This document shows, piece by piece, positions 1 to 13,148 of a DNA stretch of 64,000 nt. The notes under the pieces were generated by a model. The model was not told where the DNA came from and searched no databases. It saw only the letters and a list, made by a program, of their open reading frames with translations. The position numbers and the translations under genes were made by a program. How positions within the stretch are numbered: the stretch's first letter is position 1; each line of letters begins with the position of its first letter. The stretch lies in the NCBI GenBank assembly GCA_026026165.1, contig JAPEUD010000002.1, positions 620,001 through 684,000 on the forward strand, read 5' to 3'. This stretch comes from Sarea resinae (lineage: Eukaryota).

Positions 1-2
1 TC

Positions 3-2019
3 CCAAGCGCATACACTTCCAACGACTCCAACCGCATGACTCTCGCCTTCTTCACCATTGCTGCTCTCGACGTTCTTGACGTCCTCACCTCTCACACCAC
101 CCCCGCCGAACGCGCCGAATACACAGACTGGATCTACCACTGCCAACACCCCTCAGGCGGCTTCCGTGGCTTCCCCGCTACAGACTTCGGCGCACGCGCG
201 ACGCCGGAAAACGCGGTGTGGGATCCGGCCAATCTACCTGCGACATTCTTCGCGCTGACTACGCTGATGCTGCTGAGGGATGATATGAAGAGGGTGAAGA
301 GGAGGGAGTGCCTAGACTGGGTAAGACGATTGCAGAGGCCTGACGGTAGCTTTGGCGACTTATTAGGTGAGGGCGGTAAGATTGAGGGCGCGAGAGATAC
401 GAGGTTTTGCAATCTAGCGGCTGGAGTGAGGTGGATTTTGAGGGGCACCGAAGAAAGTGACGCTGAGGAGGATATCGACGTTGACCAGCTGGTGCGATAT
501 CTCAGATCCACTGAGGTAAGTCTGATTTCACATGTACCAATGGCCATTTCAGTTCCAATAATGCGGCTATTGACGATGCGACTATCACGAGCAGACATAC
601 GACGGCGGCATATCGGATGCTCCTTTCACCGAAGCGCATGGTATGCATCAAAGGCCCCTCATTTTCCAAGCAAACGCTCCTTTTTAGTCCTCTAAACCAG
701 AAACTTACTTCAGACCACTAAACAGCCGGCTTCGCCTACTGCGGCATCAGCGCCTTGACCTTCCTCGACCGTCTTCCCCCTTCGATTCCAAATCCCTACC
801 ACCGCCTCCGCCCTTCGCATCCTGACAACACAACGACCAAAACCACATCCCACCCTCCCTTAATAGGCCTCACCTCTCCCTCCCACACAATCCACTGGCT
901 GCTCTCGCGCCAAACCGCCACTCTCAGCGAACCCTCCGCCACCTCCACCCTCGGCGACGAGTCCGACACCCCGGCCACATGCCACGATGCACATACCTTC
1001 CTGCACAGCACCACGCCTTCCGTTCCACTCTCCGAGAAAGAAGTCCTCTCCTCCAACACGAACAGCGGTCCGAAAGACGAGCAAGAGAAGCAGAGACTCA
1101 AAGAGGCCCCGACGGCGTTTGATGGCCCGGAGATCAAGTGGGCCGGGTTCAATGGAAGATGCAACAAGATTGCGGATACGTGCTACTCGTTTTGGGTCGG
1201 CGCGTGTTTGGCTGTATGTTCATGTCACCATACTTCCATACCCCACAATATCGTCCGAGCTCGCTCTTCCCCACTTCTGAATACTGTTTCCGGTTCCCCT
1301 TCCCTTGTCTATCATCGGACACCCTACTATGCACTACACATCTTCATCATCTCCATTGCCATCATCATCACCATCAACGCGCCTTTCTCTTCTCCACTCA
1401 GTACTGCACCAGCTAACACAAGTAACAGATGCTCAACCAAATTCCGCTCCTAGACATATCATTGAATCGGAATTATCTGCTCGAGAAGACCCAACACCGT
1501 GCCGCGGGGGGCTTTGGGAAATTGCCCGGGGATCTGCCTGGTAAGTGATATATCTATTCTTCTTGATCCCTTGCCCCTCTTTCTCCCCTCTCTTTGCTCC
1601 TCCCCGGAAAGTCGCCCATCCTTCTTTCTTCTTTCTTTCTTTGGTTCTTCCGAACCGGTTGAGCAAGCCGTCTGCGCTCCATTCGTTTCTCTCGCTCTCC
1701 TGTCTGTCCTCCGCCATTTTCAGCCATCTCCACTTGTGAACCCCTACCACTCGCACTCGACCCTAACACTACCTCTCTCTCTCTTTCTCTCACTTACTCA
1801 CCCACCCACCCCCTCCATACCTCACTCACTCACTCATTCACTCACTCGCAAAAAATCATAGATATAATGCACTCGTACCTCGCACTAGCCGCTCTATCGC
1901 TCCTGGGCCTCCCGGGGCTCGCGGAAGTGGATCCCGCGCTAGGCATGGGCAAGGGCGCACGGGAATGGCTGGTGCGGCATGCGGAATGGTGGATCCGGGA
2001 CGGGGAGGGGGATCGGTAA
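3..2019 (+). CDS. CDC43: Geranylgeranyltransferase type I beta subunit (5' end lies outside the window)
   Basis: Frame is open from nt 3 (PSAYTSNDSNRMTLAFF). Prenyltransferase repeats: GGFRGFP, QRPDGSF, TYDGG..EAHAGFAYC, GFNGRCNKIADTCYSFWVG, GGFGKLPGDLPDIMHSYLALAAL. Introns 516-594, 641-725, 1214-1428, 1541-1861; TAA at 2017-2019. Confidence 0.9.
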
Positions 2020-2081
2020 GTGAATGCACTGGGTGGGCGCTTGATAGTAGAGAAGGACGGGAGAGAAGAGAGGGATGAGGG

Positions 2082-2200
2082 ATGAGAGAAGGGAGAAGGG
2101 AGAAGGGAGAAGGGAGAAGGGAGAAGGAGATAGGAAATAGGGGGTGTATATATAGGATGGCTGACTGGATGGCTGACTGGATGGATGGATGGATGGATAT
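2082..2200. repeat. Simple repeats (GGGAGAA)n and (GGAT)n in the convergent CDC43/RRP9 3' region
   Basis: Visible directly: gggagaa x5 near 2091-2127 and tggatggatggatgga near 2178-2197. (CCGA)n also occurs at about 2588-2615. Confidence 0.9.
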
Positions 2201-2699
2201 AGGGCCAGACGGACATATCATGCATATCAACGACCTCGTTTATTCTCTCTTTCTCTCTATCGGACCAAGATGCAAAAAGCATTCAAGACTCCGCCATCCA
2301 CACACACACACAGCCTTCTTCCTTTCTTTTTCATTGCCGTTGTCCTTTCTCATTCTCTATTGTTGGGTGGGACACGTAGAGGTGATTGGGCTAACCTACC
2401 CCACCTTTCCTCCTCTGGCAGCTGGTCTATTTGCGGTTTGGTGGAAACTACTACATCACATACCTACTACATCACATACAACACAAAGTACCGCAGGGCC
2501 ATGCGAACGAACAGATGAACTATGAACATGGGAAATAAACAGTAAACGTCATTTGAATTTTTCTGAACAAGCGTTCTCTCTCCATCTACCGACCGACCGA
2601 CCGACCGACCGACCGGCCCTTCAAGCCAAGTCCCTACGACTCCTTTTCTTCGCTCCAAGCGCCCCGGCCGCCCCCCACTCACTCCCGTCCATCAATCAA

Positions 2700-4585
2700 T
2701 CAGTTCTCCCCATCAGCCTCTCCAGCGCCACCAGCAGGAGCAATCGAATCCGTCTTCCTCTTATTGCCAACCTCGAAGACGACGGCGCCGTTCCTGCCCT
2801 TGACCTTCATCCATCGGCCGAGGCGGTTCTCGTTCCCGACGGCCGCGACGACGCAGATGCCGTCTTTGGCGCGGTCGCCGCGCTCGAAGATCGAGATGTC
2901 GTTGACGACGCCTCGGATAGCTGGGACGGCGGCTTTGACTGTTCCGGGTTCGGTAGCGCTGCCTGCGTCCTCACCAATTGTAGTAGTAGCAGCAAAGGTT
3001 GCAGAAGAAGCAGAAGAAGCACCACCTCCACCACCCAAAACGCCCACCGTCTCCAAGCGCCTCCGATCCTCGCTGACCCTCCAGACGCGCACGCAGCCGT
3101 CCCAGCTGCCGGAGAGAACGAGGTCGGAATACGGGATCGTGGCCAGCGCGGTGATCCAGCGGGGCGTCTGCGGCGGCAGAGGCAGGCTCGGGTCGGGGAT
3201 CTGCTCGGAGAAGGCCTCGTCGCGCGAGAGCTGCGGGCAGAGGCCGTGGGCGAGCGGCACGGTGAAGACGGGCTTTTTCTTCTGTAGAGTCCAGAGTGAG
3301 AGCGCGCCCGAGTCGGAGCCCGTGATGAACGTTTCGTCATCGACGTAGGCAACGCGGTCGATGCTGTTTTCCACGTAGCGGGCCGTCAGCGCGTTGCTAC
3401 TATCTGGTGGTTTGGTTCGTTTTTCCGACGGCCCCGACCCCCCGCCACGAAAGACGAGTTGGGTTTCGTCGACGATCTTCCACAGACGAGCGGTTCGATC
3501 GCGCGCCCCGACCGAGACACAGCGTTCTTGGGATAAGGCCGCCACGTCGACGACCTCGTCCTGGTGCCCGAAGAGCGTCTCGATGTAGGCGAGTTCGTCG
3601 AGCGACCAGACCTTCACGGAGCGGTCCTTGGAGCCCGAGTAGAGCTGGTTGGTGCCGCGGCGGAAGGCCAGTCCCGTGATGGCGTCCCGGTGCTGTGTGA
3701 AGACGCGAAGGGGCGTCAGGTCTGCGGCGTTCCACACGATGAGCTTCCGGTCCCGACCGCCGGTCACCACGAATTTGTTGTCTTGCGAGGCGGCGACGGT
3801 GAGGATCTGGTCGGTGTGACCTTGGTAGGTGGGGTCGTGGCTGAGGTTCTTGTTGCCTTTTGTGTAGGCCACCTGTTTGGGGCGACGGCGGGGCGGTGGT
3901 GGGGGTCTTTTGGATTTGGACTTGGAGGAAGAGGTGGTGGTGATGGCGGCGGCAGAATTTGGGACCGAAGGCGTCAGGATCTCCCATTTTATTAAGGTCA
4001 TGTCTTTCGACACGGTGTAGGCGTAGGGTGGACATGTTGCAATTGAGGTTGTAGTAAGAGTGTCGGCGCGGAATTGAGTGTGTGTTGCTGTTTCGAAGTC
4101 GAGCTCAGATGCTATTCGACGATACAATCGGCCCTTTGTCTCTGCCTGTTGAGGAAGAAGTCAGCGCATGCCTTTGACGTGGATGGGAGATGCAAACATA
4201 CAACATCCTCTTTCAAGCGCTCCGCGATCATGTCCCGGTCGATATCCGCCGCATCAAAGCCGACATCGTCGACCTCCTCTTTGATGTTCTCCAGATAGCG
4301 CTGTGCCAACCGCAGTCTTCTCTCGGCCGCCGTCTCATCCTCGTGCTCGGAGTCTGAGCTTCCTTCGTCGTCGTCCTCGAGGTCGCTACCTCTGTGCCCT
4401 CCGCCCTCCTCTTCCGAATCACTTCCCGATATCGAGTCATCTCGAGCGGCTCGTTTCCTCCCTGGTCTCTGCCCGTCTGAGCCTTCGGCTGCTGCAGTAT
4501 TCCTCTTCTTTGGCCCTGGCGCAGCGGCACCATCAGCCCGCTTGCGCTTGCGCTGCGAGGCCGGGAGAGTAAAGAAGGACGACAT
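2700..4585 (-). CDS. RRP9: U3 snoRNP WD40 protein Rrp9 (U3-55K)
   Basis: N-terminal ETAAERRLRLAQRYLE..IAERLKEDV, then WD40 repeats (GHTDQIL, QHRDAITGLAFRRGTNQLYSGSKDRSVKVW, LFGHQDEV) and the C-terminal GNENRLGRW. Intron 4146-4201. Confidence 0.93.
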
Positions 4586-4931
4586 GATCGACTGGAAGAC
4601 GGAGCAACAGTGTCCTATATCCTATATGGCAGGGGCATGTCGTGGGTTGGCTGTTGGGTTTTGGATCTTTTGGTATTTGGTTTTGCGTCCAGAAGAATTA
4701 TTGGAGGTGTGGCCCGTGCGCGCCATCAGAAAAGTGATGCTGACTCAGCAGGATGCCAGGCATCGGAGCTTCCACGCAATTGCACAGTAGCAGCCCTGGA
4801 GCTTGATACCTGCACCACAGCCATCCAGCAAGCAGCCATAGCTAGAACCTCAACACCATATCACCACATCACCACATCACCACATCACCACATTACCACA
4901 TTACTGCTACCACCCGACACGCACGATCATC
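4586..4931. promoter_or_regulatory. Bidirectional RRP9/PRE1 promoter with two GGAGCT motifs
   Basis: Divergent starts 346 bp apart; GGAGCT at 4765-4770 and 4798-4803. Confidence 0.55.
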
Positions 4932-5909
4932 ATGTACGTTGAATCCCATCCAGTCCGTTCATCTCGACTCCCAAACACTGACGTCCACGCTCCAGGGAGG
5001 TCTTACTTGGCATCACCGGCAAGGACTTCACCATCATCGCCGCCTCCAAAGCCGCCATGCGAGGCGCAACCATCCTGAAAGCCTCGGACGACAAGACGCG
5101 CCAGCTCAACAAGCACACCCTCATGGCCTTCTCAGGCGAAGCCGGAGACACAGGTGAGGAAGCTCCCTCGATATACCCTGAGATCCATACAACGATCCTC
5201 CTGCCCTCCCAATTCTCTGCTGACACAGACCCCGTGTCTTTCTAGTCCAATTCGCAGAATACATCCAAGCCAACGTTCAACTCTACAGCATGCGCAACGA
5301 TACGGAACTGGGCCCCTCGGCCGTTGCCAACTTTGTCCGCAGCGAGCTGGCCAAGAGCCTCCGCTCCCGCAAGCCGTACACCGTCAACCTGCTGCTCGGC
5401 GGCATGGACCCCATCACCCAGAAGCCGCATCTGTACTGGATGGATTACCTAGCGGCATTGGCCCCCGTGCCATATGCGGCTCATGGCTATGCACAGTAAG
5501 TTGGGCGATGACCACTCCCGTCGTATTGCCGAATTAGACGTGCATACGAGACGAAGAAAATGTAGACTGACAAGATCATCCATTGTAGATATTACTGCCT
5601 CTCCATCCTCGACAAGCATCACCATCCCGACATCGACTTCGAGCAAGGTCTCAAGATTCTCCGCATGTGCACCGACGAGCTCAAGCGAAGATTACCAATC
5701 GACTTTAAAGGCGTACGTCCTATCTCTCCCCTCTTCCTCTCTAATTTACGCTTCCCATATCCCAACACCAATGTCCACCAACATCCTCCAAGCTTAACCG
5801 CTAACACTCTCCGTCCTCTTCCCCAAAACAGGTCATAGTCAAAGTGATCAACAAGGACGGAATCACCGAGCTTGAATATGACGATAGCAAGCCCGTTTAC
5901 AGCGCATAG
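4932..5909 (+). CDS. PRE1: 20S proteasome subunit beta4
   Basis: Spliced product [68 protein letters not shown]. Introns 4934-4995, 5154-5245, 5496-5588, 5713-5831; TAG at 5907-5909. Confidence 0.95.
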
Positions 5910-6541
5910 TATTCTCAGAGCTCTAAGAAAGGATCCGGAATGAGGGCATCGGCGTTTGATGATTGCTTTTTCTTTAACGTGTTTACTATTAAGGTGCCTC
6001 TTTCTATCTCAATAGATGTGATATCCTTGGCCTTTTATCTCGTCAATGTGACTTGCGTATCTCATGCCACATACATGATATGCTGAGACTCGATATAATT
6101 TGTGGGAGACACTTCATGGGAACGCCACTGTAATGCTTTACACGTTAGATTTTCATCAGGAACGGCGACTCGACCGGACCAACCCCTGCCACATCACGGA
6201 TCAGTCGATAGAGCATTCACGACATGTACCTCAAGTATACGTTGTCTCATACAACGTTGCCGGTATGGGTGAGCCCTAGATGCATTGCGATCAATGGAGG
6301 CTATATAAATATAATCCACAAGAGACATGAACAGCGGCTTTTGCTCGCCCAGCCAAATCCCCAACACAAGACAACAATGACGCCTTGATAGAAAAGACAA
6401 GAAAACATAACATGACTCCTTTATCAAAAGCCCGCCTCCTTCTCTTTCTTTTTCAGGGTTGCCTCCGCAGCGACGAGGCAAAACTAGAATGCACCAATGA
6501 GAGTAATTGTCGATCGATTGATCGATTGAGTAATGAATCGA

Positions 6542-9500
6542 TCAAACCGCACCCACAACGATACCATCCATAGCTTCTTCAGAGCCAGCACCAGCACCAG
6601 CACCAGCAGGAGGAGCCGTGATCATGCCGGCAACCCCGCCATCACTTTCCAGCCCGTCCTCGTCACTACCATCGACAAACGCAACCTCGTCCATCTCGCG
6701 CAGCACGAACTCGACGAGGAAGCTCTCGTCCACGAGCTCCTCGGCCCGCCGATAATGCCGCTCGCTATACACGCGCAACGCCTCCCACAGATCCTTGGCA
6801 CTCATCGCCCCTCCTGCCCCTCCTCCCTTGACGGAGCCGGCACCAGGACCAGTACCACGGAGTTCCGCCAGCCGATTGGCCGGGTAACTCTTCACCACGG
6901 TCCAGAGCACCCTCTGCGCCACCGTCGCCGTGCGAACGTTCGTGTTCCAATCGCGCACCCGGCACAGCAAGGTCCACAGCTGCTCGGGTGCCAGCGTAGC
7001 CAGAACGTCATCGACGGCCCGGAGACCCATCAGGCTGCCCTCTTCGGGCGGATTGGTGTCGAGGACCGTCTTGAAGAGGCTGAGGAGGCGGCCCGGGTGG
7101 TTGAGCTGCAGGGCAAGCGTGATCGCCTCGCGGTACGAGTGCGCGTGGATGTGGTTCTCGAGCTTCTGCAGCTGCTCCAGTCGCGCCGATGTCGTGGCTG
7201 TCAGCGTCGCGGCCGTGGCCGACGTCGTGTCCGTCCAGATTGTCAGGGTGGAGTCGGCTGAGCCGGAGATGAGGCCGTTGGTGGCGGGATTCTGGGCTAG
7301 AGCCCAGACCTGTGTGGGTGGAGAAGGCTTAGATATTGGATGATACAAAGAGGGAGTGGAGGGGATAGCTGATGGAGGGGTGGCTGTGGGAGAAAGACTT
7401 ACTCTATCCTCATGATTATCGAGCGTGCATTCCACCTCACCGCTACTGACATCCCAGACCTTGACCAAGCCGTCTCCGCCGGCGCTCGCAACCTGAACAC
7501 CGCGCTTGTCCGGGCCGGCACCCTCGCTCGAGGGCGGATTCATCCAGACGACCTTGAGCACGCTATTCGTGTGGCCCTCGAGTGTCCTGAGACAGCTGTA
7601 ATCCGTCAGACTCCAGATCTTGACCATCTTGTCTCCGCTGCCCGTCAGCACAAAACCTCTGCTTCCACTGGCGGGGCCGCCCGCATCGCCCGTGATGGTG
7701 GGCGTGCCCTTGGGTGCGAAGCGCACGGACCAGACACCCCTGCGATGTCCGCGAAGCACGCCTTGCACTTCGCCCTCCTCGACGGACCAGATCTTGACGG
7801 TGCGATCCTGGGAAGCCGACGCGAAGAATGATGAGTTGTGGTGTATGTCGATGGCGTTGATGTCCTTGTCGTGCGCTTTGCGCGTGTAAATGGCTCGTGG
7901 AGCTTTCTTGGGGATGTTTCCCGCTGTTGCTGCGCTCGAGATATCCCATCGTTTGATCGTCTTATCTTGAGAACCGGTCAATAAGAAGGCGGGAGGATGA
8001 TCCAGCGGACTTTTGAAGGCTGGTGAGTCGGCGGGCGGTGCGGTTCGCGGAAGTGCTATGGCGCCTAGGGACTCGGCGTGGCCTGTGAAGGTGGCGAAAC
8101 AGGTGAACGAGGAGTGCTCGGGGTCGAGACGCCACAGACGGGCCGTGTTGTCTTTCGCTCCCGTGGCTAGCCAGTGTCCAGACCAATCCGTGTCGATGCA
8201 GATGATGATCTCTTCATGGCCTTTCAATAAGGCGACGTCGGCTCCGAAGTAGTTTGACGCTGAGTTGGAGGTGTCCTGTGCCTCAGATTCAGCGGCGTTG
8301 GCCAGGGAGATGATGCGGATATCTTCCGTGTTAGTTGCGAGGGCGAGGAGAGAGCTGTCTGGCGCTACATATGCTAGATCGATGATTTCGTCGTGTGTTC
8401 CCGATATTCTTCGGAGGATAGAAAGTGGCGGAAGAGTAGTACCGGATGAAATCCCAGATACCGACGATAGATCGTGCAGAATCAAGGTCTGATCCACATG
8501 AACGGATAGGAGAAAGTCTTGTTGATGTATAATGTCCACTATTCCCTCTCCCTCATTCCCCACGTCCTGTTCTTGTGTGACTTCTCGTCCTCCCTCAGCC
8601 TCCCATATCCGAATCCGGCCATTCTCACCCCCAGTGTACACGAGACTTCCCTCGTCCAAGAACCCAACGGCCTCGACTCCTTCGAGGATTGGAATCACCC
8701 TCCTCACCTTCCAGGTCCGCGCATCCCAAAGAATGGCAGTCTTATCCCGGGAAGCCGAGACAACGGCATTTTCTTCCGGCGAGAAATCCAGGCCCCGGAT
8801 GATGGACACATGCGAGTCTAGAGTGGCGAGTGATGTTCTCTTATGTAGATCCCAAATCCGAATCTTGCCATCTTCCGCGCCCGACGCCAGACGGAAGCCC
8901 CTCGTTATTTCCCCGCCAACATCCAGCATCGACTCGTCTTCCTGACCCTTACTCTTTCGGCGACTATTCCTTCGGTTCTTCGCTGATATCCCATTGTGTA
9001 TTTCGGCAGCTGGTGCGGCAACTTCGAAAAAATGTAATGCGGACACTACCCCACTATGGCCGCGGAAGGTATGCGTGGCAAAACCGCCTCTGATATCCCA
9101 CACTTTGACCACGGAGTCGGCACCTCCCGTTGCTAGTAAAGTCCCAGTTTGATCGATGGCAGTAATGACTACAGGCGAGGAGTGCGGTTTGAGCGTTCGC
9201 GCAAGCTCTGCGATAAGCGTTGATGTCGAGGCAGGTGAAGGCTTGAGCGTGTAGATGCGCATGGAAAGGGAACGAGAGCATACGATCAAATGGGTCGCTG
9301 AGGGCGTCACTGTAGCTTGTCAGCAATGGGGCTCTTCAGGTACTCGGACTATTTGCCTTACGAGCAATTGAGGTGATGGGCTCGCCATCCTAAAAGCGCG
9401 CGCCGTCAGCTATGAGCTCCATGAGAGTGTCGGTGCCTTGCTACTTACCCCTTCAATACTTGCCAGCTGTTCCCCGGTATTGAGGTCTGTGAGCACGGCA

Positions 9501-9625
9501 TCTTCTCCTAGACAGGTTGCCAGGATTCGGCCACTATGATCAAGCACAACACTTCCTCCGGTGTAGATGGGCTGAAGGGTTCTTTCCGGCTCGAAGGTCG
9601 TTTTGATCCTGGCTCTGAAGGCCAT
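6542..9625 (-). CDS. UTP13: SSU processome WD40 protein Utp13 (TBL3)
   Basis: Starts MAFRARIKTTFEPERTLQPIYTGG, has many WD40 repeats and a C-terminal Utp13 domain (ALQLNHPGRLL, RVRDWNTN, YSERHYRR). Introns 9390-9448, 9310-9361, 7310-7402. Confidence 0.93.
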
Positions 9626-9996
9626 CGCAGCGTCCGAGAATTAGAGCCCCAGCTCGAACACCAAGCTGAAGCGGTTTGCCGGAAGCTTGGACGGGGAATT
9701 TCGGACGATGGAAAGCGCCTGGGATCGATTGATTTGGTGTTGGAATGGCTTGAATTGAGTTGCGGGAATCGAAATATTTCCATCGGAGCGGAACATCTTT
9801 GTTGCTGATGTATCTTATCAATCTTATCTCAGAAGTAATGCATCCGCAGCACCCCAACACCAAATACATTCACGCGCATCTGCGGATCTTCAAGCTCACA
9901 GCTTCACCTCACTCACATCAATATTGCTGTTGATGTAGGCTCTGCAACCATTCAACCCGACAGCGCAACAGCGCGATACCCTCAATCTGCGGCAAT

Positions 9997-12629
9997 ATGG
10001 GTAGGCAGGCCTACATAACCCGTTTGGCGCTGGTATGTCGATACTTTCTTCAGTCTTCAGTCCTATAGCTTGCTATTCTCGCTTCTGAGACTCTCGCTCG
10101 CATATATGGGAGCCGTATTCGCTCTACCATTTGCCCTGCTCCTTTGTCTTCTCCCTCCTGTCTTTCTGCGACGGCCCATCCAGCGAATCTTTGTCTCTAT
10201 ACGTCTATCTTTATTTGACCTTGCAGAGTTGCTAGCTTCTGATCTGTACTTAAATGCCTTACTCGGCCTTATCATGTCGACGCTATGCAATACTCTAGCC
10301 GACGCTGTTATGCCAGCTTATACTGACTTCTCTGGTAGGGTCGCTCGGCATACCAAGCACCAGAGAGTACACAATCAGGAGCAGAAGAGAGTAGCACCGA
10401 CACAGCAACCAACGAACCACACGCAGTGCCTCCAGAGAGCAATGCCGAAGAGAGAGGTTACGTACAGAGTTATGACGCCCGTGGCCATCCTGCGAACCCT
10501 GAAGCCAAGTCGATGGCTCGGACCTTGATCAAGGCACAAAATGACGTCCTTGCTACTGTTGGAGTGTGTGTAGGCATCGGCCCTGACGGTAAACTGGCCG
10601 ATGGCTCCACGAGCCTTTCCAGTCTGTCTCCGAGCGAGCAGCGGAAGGTCAGGATGGTGATGACGGAGAATGAGATTGGCCTGTTCATCCGTCCAGGGTT
10701 TCTGTGTCTGGCATTTCTAGGTTTCTGGGGCGTTGGTGGATTGAGAAATAGACTCCAGGTACATTTGGATAGTGCCCTGCAATCTCTCGTATAGCAGGGG
10801 CTGATGGGTTTCTAGGTTTTTCGGCCCTTCTCGGCAATCCCTTTCAGTCAAATGCTGAAGGTACAATGGCTACGTTCGGGAGCAATATCTCTGCTCTGCG
10901 CAGGTTTACCAGCGTTCGCAATGGACAGCCTCGTGCACCTTGTGCGGGAGGTCATTCAAACGGGAGTCATTGACTTTGTCATGTGGAGGGTTGGACTCAG
11001 CGGCCTTGATACCAAAAAGAAGGTACATCTTTCAAGGTTAATGCTGTTGACCTGTAAAGTGTATGTTGACCCCTGGACCTACATACGTCTATTCTCGACT
11101 AACAATCTGTCACGCAAAGTGTCGACTTTGCTGCCTTCATCCTCGTCTCCCCCCTGAGAATGTATTCGATCCTTCAAGTCCTGCATCTCCTGCCAGCCAG
11201 ACCAATATTGCCTCCACTTCGTACATTCAACCCGTTCTCACCATCATCCCCTTTACCGCCATCACCCTTTACTGGCAAAGCCGCATTTGACTCGTTTCTT
11301 TCCCTGGCAAACCTCTTCATTCTTTCGCCGCCCGTACTTCTCTGGATCCACACGACCGCGGTCGATGCTTTGGGCGTGAGGATCTTTGCATTCATCCGAC
11401 GTCGTCTCAGTCAACCAGACAATCCGGATCCGTTCTCGATCAAAGGAGCTGCCGAAAGTGACCTTGACGAGTACGATATTCCCGGGCTTGGCCAACTCCC
11501 AACGGAAAATATCTCAGATAGCCCCCCCAGTAGCCTACTGGAGAGTCTTAAAGGATTGCGTGATTATCTCCAAAACGTGTTCCTCCCAACTCCTACTTCT
11601 ACTCAGGGGCCTTCGCAGGACCCCCTTTCGAACGAATTTACTCTTCCCACTGATGAGGCCGACCAGGATCTACTCCCAGTCCGTCCAACGACACCACCTC
11701 CAATCTCACGCTCTCCACCCTCTGTCCACTCTCACAACAGCAACGATGACACGTACTCCCCACGCAACACATCTCCCACCCGCTCGGCATCCCCTTCTAT
11801 ATCCAGCCCGCCATCATCTCCGCCTCAAAACACCGTCCGCGTCTCCTCCACCCGCGAAGGCAATGCCGAAACCGTGACAATGGAAGTGGAGATCGCAGGC
11901 GGCGAATCCACCGCTCTGCCCCTGACGCCGGCCATCCCCACATCCAACAACACCGCCCTCCCAGAACCCGCCATCACGTTCCCGGCCCAGCCCACCACTG
12001 CAGCCACAGCAACAGCAACAGCGACGGCCGACCCGGCCTTCTTAACCGCCACCCCCCAACAGCCACAACAACAACAGCAGCAGCAACAAACCCACCACCA
12101 CTCCGCCCGCATCGCTGCCGAGATTGCCGCCGCCAACGCAGCAGGCACGCATCCGGCCAACGCCACGTCTAGCATGACTGATTCCCTGCGTCCCCGCCAC
12201 CGCGTCACGGCACTCTCCTCGGACCCGGCGCACACGCTCGCACTATTCCTCTCGAACTGCCTGGCCACGTGGGCGATGCTGCCGCTGGAAACGCTGCTGG
12301 TGCGCCGACTGGCGCTCTCGTTCCTGGCGGCCCCGGGCCCGGCCTCGCACCAGCGCGCCGCCGCCGCTTTCTTCCGCGACATGATCTGGGCGCCGCGCTG
12401 GGGTTCCGCCACCGACTGGTGGCTCGTGCTTCGGCGCCTTTTTACCCGTGGCAGTGCCGGTGGTGCTGGTGCTAGCGTTGATGATGATGGGTGGGCCCTG
12501 CGATCGTATGCGGGCCGGATCCTGCTGGCTTGTGGTTTAGAGGCCGCGGTCGGCTGGAGCATCTGGGAGGGCACGTGTTTGGGTACCGTGTGGTTAGGCC
12601 GGCGCTGGTTCGGCTGGGGCCAGTTTTGA
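9997..12629 (+). CDS. Conserved fungal hypothetical protein, probably membrane-associated
   Basis: ATG 9997 (MGRQAYITRLAL), intron 10033-10338, then GRSAYQ..YDARGHPANPE..AQNDVLATVGV. Further introns near 10759-10815 and about 11060-11118. Long final exon with HRVTALS..LPLETLLVR and a hydrophobic C-terminus. Function not recognised. Confidence 0.7.
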
Positions 12630-13114
12630 GTGTCTACTGTTTTCGGCCGCGTTTGGCTTTTTCCCAGTGTCGTTACTCATGCATCGTTAGGTTGGTTGAG
12701 GCGATGGGCGTTTTCTGCTGCTCTTCCATTCGTTCGGGGTGTCTGTGTGGCTGGACTGTACGGTCCAGGGACTGAACGATATTGCAAGGGGTGGGATAGG
12801 GCCATCAAAAGCAAGTGCATGAAAGCAATGGCGTTGTTGTTTGTGATATAATATCGAGGCATCCAGAGCAAGTCTCCGGGATCATCAGATACGTTGTGAA
12901 AAAGCTCAGATGGAGGGCGCGGGCTCTCTGCATCCGACGATGCTTCTGCATTGCATACCACCCTCGCCACATTGAAAAGGATGAACGAAATACAAGGTTG
13001 TAATATACAAACACCAAGCCCATGCATCCATTCGCCCACAATAGTCCACAGGCCAGCCAAATCCGGCCCAAGTCTTCGCATCTGCTCTATGTGCAGCATC
13101 CTCAAAACCGTAGC

Positions 13115-13117
13115 CTA

Positions 13118-13148
<31 letters not shown>

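Noticed and set aside
2553..3348. Long plus-strand ORFs (similar cases at 6533-7343, 11825-12574, 13022-13819, 49456-50202)
   Set aside because: Antisense shadows of GC-rich real genes.
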